From assembly GCA_963813535.1 (NCBI GenBank), contig CAWEZH010000003.1, positions 967,810 through 1,031,809 of the forward strand: DNA of 64,000 nucleotides, read 5' to 3'. The position numbers and the translations under genes are program-made. Under the pieces are notes generated by a model. It ran no database searches. It was not told the DNA's origin and saw nothing but the letters and a program-made list of their open reading frames with translations. Source of the stretch: an uncultured Chloroflexia bacterium. GTDB taxonomy: Bacteria; Chloroflexota; Limnocylindria; Limnocylindrales; CSP1-4. This document shows positions 28,054-37,054 of this stretch, piece by piece (within the stretch, counting starts at the first letter, position 1; each line of letters starts with the position of its first letter).

Positions 28054-30192
28054 ATGAGCACACTCATCGACTTCTACGGCACGCAAGCCCGCATCCTGTG
28101 GGAGTGGCGAGGCGGCCCATGGGCTCTTCTGAAGCGTCTCGTGATCACCTTGCTCGTATCCACGTTCGCGCTGCTGATGACCGCCGCGATCGTCCCGGGC
28201 GTGGCCATCGGGCGAGTGATCGATGCGGCGATCGCAGTGGCCCTGATGGCGCTGTTCAACTCGATGGTCCGTCCCGTGCTGCTGACCTTCGTCGCTCCGA
28301 GATCGCTCGTGCTTCTGGGCGTTCTCGTACTCGTGCTCCAGGTCCTCACGTTCCTGGTGATCGTGCCGTTGGCCAACGGCGTGCAGGTCGATGGCTTCCC
28401 TTCGGCACTGATCGCATCGTTCGTGTATGCCGCGATCAACACAGCGCTGACGGCCCTCCTCGGTGTGGATCGTGGTGGCTCGTATTTCGGTCTGCTCGTC
28501 TCCAGCCTCCTGGCGAAGCGGGCCGCAGAGAAGACTGATCGACCCGGCCTCGTGATCATCCAGATCGACGGGCTCGCCCACCCCATCCTTGCCGCGCGGA
28601 TACGCGCCGGGTCAGTGAACACGATGGCGAGTTGGGTCCGCGATGGCACCCACAAGCTCTCGCGTTGGGAGGCCATCCTCCCGTCGATGACGTCGGCGAG
28701 CCAGGCCGGGATCCTGCATGGCACGAACGATGGGATCCCCGCCTTCCGCTGGTACGAGCGTGACCGGCAGAAGCTGATGGTTTCGTCCAATCCCGACGAC
28801 GCGGCGGAGATCGTGCGGCGCCTGTCGAACGGCGAGGGGCTGCTCTCGAACGATGGCGTCAGCATCTGCAATCTCATGACCGGCGATGCGACACGAGCGT
28901 ACGTGACGACCGCTGCGATCAAGGACGAGTCGCAGGGGCTCGGCGACAGCCAGGCGTTCCTCGGCTTCTTCTTCAGTCCGAGCGGCTATCTCCGTTCGTT
29001 CTCCATGTTCCTCGGCGAGTTCGCCAAAGAGCGGTTCCAGGCGAGACGCACACGTCGGTCCGGAATCCAGCCACAGATGCACCGCGGCATGAAGTACGCG
29101 GGCATGCGCGCGGCGAGCAACGTGCTACTGCGCGACGTGAACACCTCGCTGATCATCGAGGAGATGTACCGCGGCGCGAACGTCATCTATTGCGACTTCA
29201 CCGACTACGACGAGCTGGCCCACCACTGCGGCCCCGAGCGCGTCGAATCCCTCCAGGCCCTCGACGGTGTCGATGCCGCCATCGCCAACCTCGCCAAAGC
29301 GGCCGAGGACGCGCCACGGCCATACCGATTCGTGGTCCTGTCCGACCACGGGCAGAGCCTTGGCGCGACATTCAAACAGCGCTATGGCCAGAGCCTGGGC
29401 GAGGTCGTCCGCGACCTCATGAGCGGGCGGGCAAAGGTATTCCAGCAGAAAACGGCCGGCGAAGGCTCGACCTTCGTGAACTCCTTCCTGTCGGAGATCA
29501 CCCGCAGCAAAGGGATCGGACCGACCGTCGCGCGAGCCGCCCTTGCTGATTCGACCACGGATGGCGTGGTCGACCTGGACCACGAAGAGGTGACCCTGCC
29601 TGCCGACGAATCGACGATCGCCGTGGTCGGCTCGGGCAACCTCGGGCTTGTGTGGTTCACCGGCTTTGACCACAGGCTGACGGTCGAGGAACTCGAGGAA
29701 CTCCACCCGAACCTGGTCGCCACGCTGGCGGCCCATCCCGGCGTCGGCCTGCTGATGATGCGTTCGTCAGAGCGCGGCGCGGTGGTCTTCGGACCGCGCG
29801 GCATCCGCTACCTCGACGAGGATCGCGTGGAAGGCGAGGATCCGACCGCGATCTTCGGCGAACACGCCGTCATGAGCCTCAAGCGGGAGAACGCGATGAC
29901 GCATGTTCCCGACCTCCTGCTGCTCAGCGAGTACAACCCGGACATGGGGGAAGTGGCCGCTTTCGAGGAGCTCATCGGATCGCATGGCGGTCTCGGTGGC
30001 TACCAGACGCGGCCATTCATCCTGCATCCCGCCGACTGGGAGCTTGACGAGCCGGTCCCGCTTGGTGCCCCGGCCATCTATCGGAACCTCCGCCGGTGGC
30101 TCGAATCGATCGGGATCCCGCTCGGAAAGCAGCCGCCAGTAGCGCCGGAGCCAGCCCCGGTGCCGACCGCGCCCGTCCCCGTCGAGGTCTAG
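28054..30192 (+). CDS. holin-like (YvlD/4-TM) domain fused to an alkaline-phosphatase-superfamily phosphodiesterase
   Basis: Hydrophobic N-terminus (LFNSMVRPVL...). IQIDGL, PSMTSASQAGILHG, YDELAHH, LSDHGQ, GSHGG. Confidence 0.8.
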   Translation: MSTLIDFYGTQARILWEWRGGPWALLKRLVITLLVSTFALLMTAAIVPGVAIGRVIDAAIAVALMALFNSMVRPVLLTFVAPRSLVLLGVLVLVLQVLTFLVIVPLANGVQVDGFPSALIASFVYAAINTALTALLGVDRGGSYFGLLVSSLLAKRAAEKTDRPGLVIIQIDGLAHPILAARIRAGSVNTMASWVRDGTHKLSRWEAILPSMTSASQAGILHGTNDGIPAFRWYERDRQKLMVSSNPDDAAEIVRRLSNGEGLLSNDGVSICNLMTGDATRAYVTTAAIKDESQGLGDSQAFLGFFFSPSGYLRSFSMFLGEFAKERFQARRTRRSGIQPQMHRGMKYAGMRAASNVLLRDVNTSLIIEEMYRGANVIYCDFTDYDELAHHCGPERVESLQALDGVDAAIANLAKAAEDAPRPYRFVVLSDHGQSLGATFKQRYGQSLGEVVRDLMSGRAKVFQQKTAGEGSTFVNSFLSEITRSKGIGPTVARAALADSTTDGVVDLDHEEVTLPADESTIAVVGSGNLGLVWFTGFDHRLTVEELEELHPNLVATLAAHPGVGLLMMRSSERGAVVFGPRGIRYLDEDRVEGEDPTAIFGEHAVMSLKRENAMTHVPDLLLLSEYNPDMGEVAAFEELIGSHGGLGGYQTRPFILHPADWELDEPVPLGAPAIYRNLRRWLESIGIPLGKQPPVAPEPAPVPTAPVPVEV

Positions 30193-30257
30193 CCTCGTTC
30201 GACGGCCTGCTCCTGGATCGGGCGTGATGACCCGAGCCGATGTAGGCTCGATCACCG

Positions 30258-31188
30258 ATGATCCGCCGTGACGCGCTCGGCAGCCTCGTCCTCTTCGCGA
30301 CGTTGCTCGTGGTCGCCGCGCAGCCGGCCCTTGCTGCGACACCCGATCCGGCGGACGACCCCACGCGCGTGTCGCTCTCGACTCTGCGCCCGCGCATCGC
30401 CGCGGCGGAGGACGATTTCAGCGCCCGTCTATGACGATGGCTGTCACGTCGCCAATCCCTCCACGCGGCCGACGCACTGCACCTATGGTCGCCGTGACGG
30501 CACGACACGCGTCGTCGTCATCGGGGACTCGATCGCTGCCCAATGGTGGGCGGCCATCGATGGCGCGGCTCGAAAGGGTGGCTGGCGCGTGACGTGGATG
30601 ACCAAGACCGCCTGCCCCGCCGCCGACGTCACCGTGCGGAGCAGCGGCGCTCCATACGCCGCCTGCAACACGTGGCGGCGGAACGTCCTCGCCAAGGTCC
30701 GTGGTCTCGCCCGCGTCGACTTGCTGGTCATGGCCGGCTCGACCCAGTCCACCCTGCTGCGACGCACCAACGGAGCGGTCATCAGCGATTCGGCGGCCAA
30801 GCGCGCCGAATGGCAGGCGGGCTATCGGCGGACGGTCGACCGGCTGGCCGGTCAGGTTCGCCGCGTCGCGATCCTGCGGGACACGCCCGTGTTCTCGACG
30901 GTCGTGCCGAGCTGCCTGGCAGGCCATGGCGGGCGGACCGAGCCGTGCTCACGAGCCAGGTCGAGTGCGTTGTCGACACCACATTGGCAGGCGGAGACGG
31001 CCGTCGATGCAGCCTATCCCTGGGTGCGCGCCACCGACCTGACGGATCGCCTCTGCCAGCCAACCCGCTGCTGGCCGGTCACATCGGGGCGAGTCCTTCG
31101 GTACCGCGATGCGCACCACCTGACGAACACCTTCTCGGCCGCGATGGCACCGGCGATGTATTCGCGGTTGCGCTGGCTGATGCGCTGA
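30258..31188 (+). CDS. secreted SGNH hydrolase domain protein (AT3-associated type); frameshift near 30420
   Basis: Signal peptide in the frame from ATG 30258. VIGDSIA, KTACP and YRDAHHL in the downstream frame. Confidence 0.75.
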
Positions 31189-31203
31189 GGCGTGGCCGGC
31201 CGG

Positions 31204-31719
31204 TCACCCGCCGTCCCTGATCGACGCATCGAGCGCCTGGATCGCCTCGCCGAGTACGCCTCCGGCGCGAACCGGAGGCGGCAATCGCTGCAGGACCTCC
31301 CGTACAGCAGGGGAGGCTCCGCGTATGGCCTCGGTCACCTCGTCCTGTGCCGCCGCCGGGTCGTGTGGCGCCGCGGCGGCCCTGGCAGCCGCCGCGTAGC
31401 CCGGCGCGCCGCGGGCGTGCGAGGCCATGTGGGCGGTCGCTACGGCGTGGCCTGCCGCCCGAGCTGCCGCGACCGCGGCCGGGTCGTCAAGGTCGCGTGC
31501 TGCGGCATGGGCGGCGACGGCCAGCGCACGGGCAGGGCCGACGCGAAGGTCTCCGCGCGCGAACGAACGAGCGCCCGCGATCGCCGCCCGCGGCCGCGCG
31601 TCGTCCGGTGCCGCGGCTTCGAAGAGCGCCAGGACGTGCTCAGCGCGATCTGCAGCCCACGCCGCCAGCACGCGTCGGTCGTCCTCGCTGAGCGTGAGCG
31701 CGCCAGGCTCCTTCGGCAT
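31204..31719 (-). CDS. putative immunity protein (Imm5-like family)
   Basis: LAAWAADRAEHVL..FE...PDD.RPRAAI..AR...AHAAAR...AARAAGHAVATAHM..HA pattern. Confidence 0.7.
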   Translation of the reverse strand: MPKEPGALTLSEDDRRVLAAWAADRAEHVLALFEAAAPDDARPRAAIAGARSFARGDLRVGPARALAVAAHAAARDLDDPAAVAAARAAGHAVATAHMASHARGAPGYAAAARAAAAPHDPAAAQDEVTEAIRGASPAVREVLQRLPPPVRAGGVLGEAIQALDASIRDGG

Positions 31720-31798
31720 CCCGACGAGCATCGCACAGGCATGCGGGGCCACCGCCAGCGGCACTGACGCCACCGGCGCTCCTGTCTACACTCGGGCG

Positions 31799-32467
31799 AT
31801 GGCCTCACGTCCACCGGCGACCGACGAGCGGGACACGCGCGAGCTCCTCGTCGAGCTGCTGCGCGACTTCCACCGGCGGGGTTGGGTGTCAGGCACGGGC
31901 GGTGGGATCTGCGGCCCGTCCCACGACGGCGGTCTCCTCCTGGCACCGAGCGGCGTCCACAAGGAGCGCGTCCAGCCCGACGAGTTCTTCACGGTCGACC
32001 CGGCTGACGGTCGCGTCCTTCGGACGCCGGAGCGGACGGATCTGCGGCCGAGCGAGTGCAACTCGATCTTCTGTCTTGCCCATCGTGCGCGCGGAGCGTG
32101 GAGCGTCGTCCACTCACACGCGCTGTCGGCCGTGCTCGCCGGTGACGTCGCCGCGGCCACCGATGACGACCACATCTCGATCGCCGATCTCGAGATGCTG
32201 AAGGGCATCCCTGGCGTGACGAACACGGATGTCCACCTGGTGCCGGTGATCCGCAACACCCCCCGCGAGCCGGAGCTGGTCAGCCAGCTCGAGGCGGCCT
32301 TCGCCGACCCGCGGTTCGCGACGGCGCGTGCGGTCATCGTTCGCGACCACGGCGCCTACATCTGGGGCGACGACGTGCTCGACGCCAAGCGCCACACCGA
32401 GGTCTACCACTTCCTGTTCGAAGCCACGGTCGCTCGGCGCGACCGCCTACGGGAGGATCGAGCGTGA
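31799..32467 (+). CDS. mtnB: methylthioribulose-1-phosphate dehydratase (class II aldolase)
   Basis: GWVSGTGGGI, APSGVHKER, RPSEC, VVHSH, EMLKGI, VPVIRNT, VRDHGAYIWG. Confidence 0.85.
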   Translation: MASRPPATDERDTRELLVELLRDFHRRGWVSGTGGGICGPSHDGGLLLAPSGVHKERVQPDEFFTVDPADGRVLRTPERTDLRPSECNSIFCLAHRARGAWSVVHSHALSAVLAGDVAAATDDDHISIADLEMLKGIPGVTNTDVHLVPVIRNTPREPELVSQLEAAFADPRFATARAVIVRDHGAYIWGDDVLDAKRHTEVYHFLFEATVARRDRLREDRA

Positions 32468-32862
32468 GCCATCACGAAGGCCCCAAGGATCTGTCGCACC
32501 TGACCAAGGTCGATGTTGTCGATGTCGCCTCGGCCGTCGAGGCCGACAAGCTGACCGACGCCGAGACGTTCAAACGGACGTACCTGGGCCACGGGTCGCA
32601 GTCGAGCGTGTTCGTGTTCCAGGGTCATCCCGGTCCGTTCCGGACGCACGTCCACGAGACGCACGACGAGATCGGCTACGTCCTGGAAGGCACCGGCTCC
32701 GTGACGGTCGGTGGCGTGACTCGCCCCGTCAAGAAGGGCGACGTCTGGGTCATCCCGGCGAATACGCCGCACGGCGGCGAATTCGAGGACGCACCGCAGG
32801 TCCTGTTCATCTCGTCGCCGATCGACGATCCGGAGAACCAGGACCGCGTCTGGATCGACTGA
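32464..32862 (+). CDS. cupin domain protein
   Basis: HVHETHDEIGYVLEG and GDVWVIPANTPH. GTGA overlap with mtnB. Confidence 0.85.
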   Translation: MSHHEGPKDLSHLTKVDVVDVASAVEADKLTDAETFKRTYLGHGSQSSVFVFQGHPGPFRTHVHETHDEIGYVLEGTGSVTVGGVTRPVKKGDVWVIPANTPHGGEFEDAPQVLFISSPIDDPENQDRVWID

Positions 32863-32881
32863 GCGGGCGTTCGCGGGCAAC

Positions 32882-32955
32882 AAAAAAGGAGCAGGCCCGC
32901 GGACTCAGTCCGATGAACGCCCCCCGAGATGATTCCGTCCCCCGGGGCCTGCTCC
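32882..32955 (-). terminator. large hairpin with U-tract (terminator or small structured RNA) between convergent genes
   Basis: ggagcaggccc (32888-32898) pairs with gggcctgctcc (32945-32955). A6 at 32882-32887 reads as U6 on the minus strand. Confidence 0.55.
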
Positions 32956-33013
32956 GAAGTCAATCCTGCTACGTGGACCTTGCGACGCGCATTGCAGCGA
33001 CGCCGCGCCGCAA

Positions 33014-33427
33014 TCAGCCTTCGGGCTCGTGCTTCAAGGCGGCTGAGTTGATGCAGTAACGGAGGCCTGTCGGATCGGGTCCGTCGTCGAAGACGTGCCC
33101 GAGATGCCCACCGCACGACGCGCACATCGCCTCTGTGCGGGTCATGAAGAACGAGCGGTCCGTGCCGGTCGCGACGGCCGCCGGATCCACCGGCGCGAAG
33201 AAGCTGGGCCAGCCCGTGCCCGACTCGAACTTCGCGTCGGACTCGAAGAGCTCGGCCCCGCATCCTGCACACCGGTACGTGCCGGCTCGATGCTCATCCC
33301 AGAGGTGCCCGCTAAAGGCTCGTTCGGTCCCCTTCTGGCGGAGGACCCGGTATTGCTCGGGCGTCAGTTGTGCGCGCCATTCGGCATCCGACTTGGTGGC
33401 CGGGGCCGTGGTCTTCATGTCACTCAT
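33014..33427 (-). CDS. msrB: peptide-methionine (R)-S-oxide reductase
   Basis: [51 protein letters not shown]. Confidence 0.96.
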   Translation of the reverse strand: MSDMKTTAPATKSDAEWRAQLTPEQYRVLRQKGTERAFSGHLWDEHRAGTYRCAGCGAELFESDAKFESGTGWPSFFAPVDPAAVATGTDRSFFMTRTEAMCASCGGHLGHVFDDGPDPTGLRYCINSAALKHEPEG

Positions 33428-33613
33428 GGGGGCAAGCATAGGGCTGGACTGTGGCGACTCGATGACGTCATCACGCGGACGTCGTCACGGGCGAAGGCCG
33501 ACCTGCCAAGCGCCGTCATTTGGGCTACCATCGCCTCCCTAAACTCTGGGTACCTAGGTGACGGAGGCGAGATACCTGTGGTTTCGAGCAATGGAGCGCC
33601 AGGGACCATCGGT

Positions 33614-34051
33614 ATGGGTGTGGACGCAGCCGACCGCGGGCCGTCGCTTCGGGTCGGGCAGGCCGCGGAGATGCTCCAGGTCTCGATCGAGACGCTGCGC
33701 CGATGGGAATCGACAGGGCGTCTGCGGATGGCTCGGTCGGCTGGAGGCCAGCGGATCGTGCCGTTGGAGGAAGTGACCCGATTCCTCGCAGAGCGACGAA
33801 CGCAAGCCACGGAACGCCCGATCGTTGCCGCGTCCGCCCGCAATCGGTTCCCCGGCATCGTCACCCGGATCGAGAAGGACCGCGTGGCAGCCGTCGTCGA
33901 GGTCATCGCCGGGCCGCACCGGATGGTCAGCCTGATGACCGCGGAGGCTGTCGATGAACTGGGCTTGCGGGTGGGCGACGAGGCCGTCTGCATCGTGAAG
34001 GCCACCAACGTCATCGTCGAAGTTCCCCAGAAGAAAGAGCCCCGCGCATGA
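33614..34051 (+). CDS. MerR-like HTH-TOBE molybdate-responsive regulator
   Basis: GQAAEMLQVSIETLRRWE, then SARNRFPG...VKATNV (Mop/TOBE). Confidence 0.85.
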   Translation: MGVDAADRGPSLRVGQAAEMLQVSIETLRRWESTGRLRMARSAGGQRIVPLEEVTRFLAERRTQATERPIVAASARNRFPGIVTRIEKDRVAAVVEVIAGPHRMVSLMTAEAVDELGLRVGDEAVCIVKATNVIVEVPQKKEPRA

Positions 34052-34908
34052 GCACTCGGCTCGTGCTGGTCATCCTGACGCTCGTCGCGCTCGGGGCCTG
34101 CACGAGCCCTGGCGGGGTCGCGTCGCCATCCGCGTCCAGCGCGCAAGCGAGTCCCGCGAGCGCGTCCCCGGCATCGGTCGCACCATCGGTCGCAGCAGCA
34201 GACGTGACCATCTTCGGTGCCGCATCGCTCACCAAGGCGCTGGATCAGGCCAAGGCTACCTACGAGTCCGCCACGCCCGGGACGACGTTGACGATCTCCA
34301 CGGACTCGTCTGCGGCGCTCGAGACGCAGATCGAGCAGGGCGCGCCCGCCGACGTGTTCCTGTCGGCCGACACGACCAACCCGCAGAAGCTGGTCGATGG
34401 GGGGCTCGCCGACGGCGATGCCGTCGTGTTCGCGGGCAACAAGCTGACGATCATCACGCCGACCGACAACCCAGGCGGCCTCGCGGGTCCATTGGACATC
34501 GGCAAGGCGGGGATCAGGGTGGTCGCGGCGGGCGACGCGGTGCCGATCACGAAGTACGCCACCCAACTCGTCGACAACCTCGCCGGGGAGGCCGGGGCGC
34601 CGGCGGACTTTGCCGCCGCCTACGCGGCCAACATCGTCTCGAAGGAGGACAACGTCGCCGCCGTTCGCGCGAAGATCGAAGTCGGCGAGGGCGACGCCGC
34701 GATCGTGTACGTCACCGATGCCAAGGCCTCCGACAAGGTCGCGACGATCGACGTGCCCGAGTCGGCCAACGTCCCGGCCACCTACGCCGGGGTCGTCGTC
34801 ATGGCGTCGTCGAATACCGAGGCCGCCCACGCCTTCCTCGACTGGTTCGCCGGGCCGGACGGTCAGGCGATCCTCGCCGAGTTCGGATTCCTGCCACCGG
34901 CGTCATGA
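34048..34908 (+). CDS. modA: molybdate ABC transporter substrate-binding lipoprotein
   Basis: Lipobox LGAC, FGAASL, QIEQGAPADVFLSAD, FAGNKL, GEGDAAIVYVTDA. Confidence 0.92.
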   Translation: MSTRLVLVILTLVALGACTSPGGVASPSASSAQASPASASPASVAPSVAAADVTIFGAASLTKALDQAKATYESATPGTTLTISTDSSAALETQIEQGAPADVFLSADTTNPQKLVDGGLADGDAVVFAGNKLTIITPTDNPGGLAGPLDIGKAGIRVVAAGDAVPITKYATQLVDNLAGEAGAPADFAAAYAANIVSKEDNVAAVRAKIEVGEGDAAIVYVTDAKASDKVATIDVPESANVPATYAGVVVMASSNTEAAHAFLDWFAGPDGQAILAEFGFLPPAS

Positions 34909-35774
34909 CCGACGCGGTCGGCGAGCGCATGGCGCCGATCGACGCACCGCAGCGGCGGACGCGATCGCGCATCTCGTGGGGCGGGATCTCGGTGCTCGCC
35001 CTCGCCGGCATCTTCACGGCCTTCCTTGCGCTGCCCGTCATCACGCTCGTCGTCCGGTCCGTCATCGATGGGTCGCTTCGGGAGATCGTGGGCTCGTCGG
35101 CTGTCGTCGCCGCGTTGGCCCTGAGCCTGACCACGACAGCGGTGAGCCTCGTCCTGACAGTGATCTTCGGGCTGCCGCTGGCAGTCGTGCTGGCTCGGCG
35201 GTCGTTCCGGGGCAAGTGGCTGGTCGAGGCGGTCGTCGACCTTCCGATCGTGCTTCCCCCCGCGGTCGCCGGCCTCGCGCTGCTGCTGGTCTTCGGCCGG
35301 CGCGGCCTGCTCGCGGGACCGATGCAAGCGGCAGGCGTCGACATCGCCTTCACCGTCGTCGCGGTCGTCCTCGCGCAGACCTTCGTGTCGGCGCCATTCT
35401 TCGTCCGTGCGGCCCGCTCAGGGCTCGCCGGCGTGGACCGCGACCTCGAGGATGCGGCAAGGGTGGACGGGGCCTCCGAGCGCCAGTTGTTCCGGCGGAT
35501 CACGGTGCCGCTGGCAGGCGCCGCGCTCGCGGCGGGCCTCGTGATGAGTTGGGCGCGGGCACTCGGCGAGTTCGGGGCGACGATCATGTTCGCCGGCAGC
35601 GTCGAGGGGCGGACGCAGACCCTTCCGCTGGTGGTCTACTCGGAGTTCCAGGCAGGCGAGCTCGACGCCTCCGTAGCGGCCGCGGCGATGCTCGTCCTGG
35701 CTGCGCTCGGGGTCCTTCTCTCGGCACGGCTCTTCCACTGGGGCCGAGTCCTTGACGTGAGGAGCCTCGGTTGA
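34905..35774 (+). CDS. modB: molybdate ABC transporter permease
   Basis: DLPIVLPPAVAG, EDAARVDGA, WARALGEFGATIMFAG. Confidence 0.92.
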   Translation: MTDAVGERMAPIDAPQRRTRSRISWGGISVLALAGIFTAFLALPVITLVVRSVIDGSLREIVGSSAVVAALALSLTTTAVSLVLTVIFGLPLAVVLARRSFRGKWLVEAVVDLPIVLPPAVAGLALLLVFGRRGLLAGPMQAAGVDIAFTVVAVVLAQTFVSAPFFVRAARSGLAGVDRDLEDAARVDGASERQLFRRITVPLAGAALAAGLVMSWARALGEFGATIMFAGSVEGRTQTLPLVVYSEFQAGELDASVAAAAMLVLAALGVLLSARLFHWGRVLDVRSLG

Positions 35775-36013
35775 TGGCAGGCAAAGGAGGAACGGCATGG
35801 AAGATCTCGGCTCGAAATCAGCTGGCCGGCACCATCAAAACGGTCACCGAGGGTGCAGTGATGAGCGAGGTGGTCGTCCAGCTTGAGGGCGGCGAGGAGG
35901 TGGTGGCCGCCATCACGGCCGAATCCGGACGTCGCCTGGCGCTTGCCGAAGGTGTCCGGGTCGTGGCCATCATCAAGTCCACCGAGGTGATGATCGCGGT
36001 CGAGGGAGAGTGA
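35771..36013 (+). CDS. molybdenum-binding Mop/TOBE protein
   Basis: KISARNQLAG...AIIKSTEVMI. Confidence 0.88.
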   Translation: MMAGKGGTAWKISARNQLAGTIKTVTEGAVMSEVVVQLEGGEEVVAAITAESGRRLALAEGVRVVAIIKSTEVMIAVEGE

Positions 36014-36019
36014 CTCGAG

Positions 36020-36448
36020 ATGACACGGGACTCGACGGCCGTGGACGGTCGAATGGAATTCCTCAACCCCGATGGCATCCACCGCAACCCGGCGTTCAGC
36101 AACGTCGCCGTGGTCTCGGGCAGCGTCCGCACGATCTACGTGGGCGGCCAGGACCCGATCGATGCCGAGGGGAACATCGTCGGCGTCGGCGACATCGCGG
36201 CACAGACGGAGCAGGCCCTGCGCAACGTGCGCACGGCTCTGACGGCAGCGGGTGCCGGGCCGGAACACGTCATCAAGTGGACCGTCTTCATCGTCGACGG
36301 CCAGGATTTCCGCTCCGGCTACGCGGCGTTCCAGCGAGTGTGGGGCGACCGACCCGATCCTCCGGTGATCACCGCCGCGGTCGTCGCAGGCCTAGCCCAC
36401 CCCGACTTCCTCGTCGAGATCGATGCGATCGCCGTCGTCCCTGCGTGA
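36020..36448 (+). CDS. RidA/YjgF/UK114 family protein
   Basis: IYVGGQ, QTEQALRNV, LAHPDFLVEIDAIA. Confidence 0.88.
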   Translation: MTRDSTAVDGRMEFLNPDGIHRNPAFSNVAVVSGSVRTIYVGGQDPIDAEGNIVGVGDIAAQTEQALRNVRTALTAAGAGPEHVIKWTVFIVDGQDFRSGYAAFQRVWGDRPDPPVITAAVVAGLAHPDFLVEIDAIAVVPA

Positions 36449-36492
36449 CCAGGGAGAGGACGGGTTGAAATCCGGGCCGTCGCCCGACTACC

Positions 36493-37035
36493 GTGGCGCT
36501 GATGAAACGGCGACTGTTGTCGGGAGCGTTCGCTGCGACCATCTCGATGGTCGCGCTGGCCTCACCTGTCTGGGCCCACGGTGACCACGACGCACGGCCG
36601 CTGGTGCGTCACCTTGAGGCGGGGCCGTACATCATCTCCCTGTGGCAGGTCTATCCCGATGTCGGGGCGGCGATGACACCGCACCTGATCGTGATGTTCG
36701 ACGGCGAAGCGGCTGCTCTGCCGGCGCCTGACGTCACGGTCACCGTGAACTCGACCCCGATGGAGGTGCGGCCGTCGAACACGACGTCCAACGGATGGGA
36801 AACCACCGACGGCATCGCCGAAGGGGACGTGGTCAAGGTCACCATCTCCGACGGCAGCCAGGCGTGGGATCTCGATCCCGTGGTCGTGCCCCCGGCGCCG
36901 ACCTCGATGCTTCCCATGCAGGAATTGATCTACCTTTCCATCTTTCTGACGGCCGGTACCGCGTGCTGGGTGGTGGCAAGGACCGCCCGCGCCTGGCGAC
37001 GACTAGCGGCCCGACCGAGTGGAGCCACCGGATAG
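36493..37035 (+). CDS. hypothetical secreted, C-terminally anchored protein with N-terminal HGDHD
   Basis: Signal peptide ending VWA-HGDHD; C-terminal TM helix. Confidence 0.65.
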   Translation: MALMKRRLLSGAFAATISMVALASPVWAHGDHDARPLVRHLEAGPYIISLWQVYPDVGAAMTPHLIVMFDGEAAALPAPDVTVTVNSTPMEVRPSNTTSNGWETTDGIAEGDVVKVTISDGSQAWDLDPVVVPPAPTSMLPMQELIYLSIFLTAGTACWVVARTARAWRRLAARPSGATG

Positions 37036-37054
37036 CGAACGGAGGGGTTCGAGC

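Noticed and set aside
28054-28500. Prophage suggested by the holin-like domain
   Set aside because: No endolysin, structural or replication genes nearby, and the domain is fused to a hydrolase.
31204-31719. Polymorphic toxin locus suggested by the Imm5-like gene
   Set aside because: No toxin or secretion gene is adjacent, and this family commonly occurs alone.
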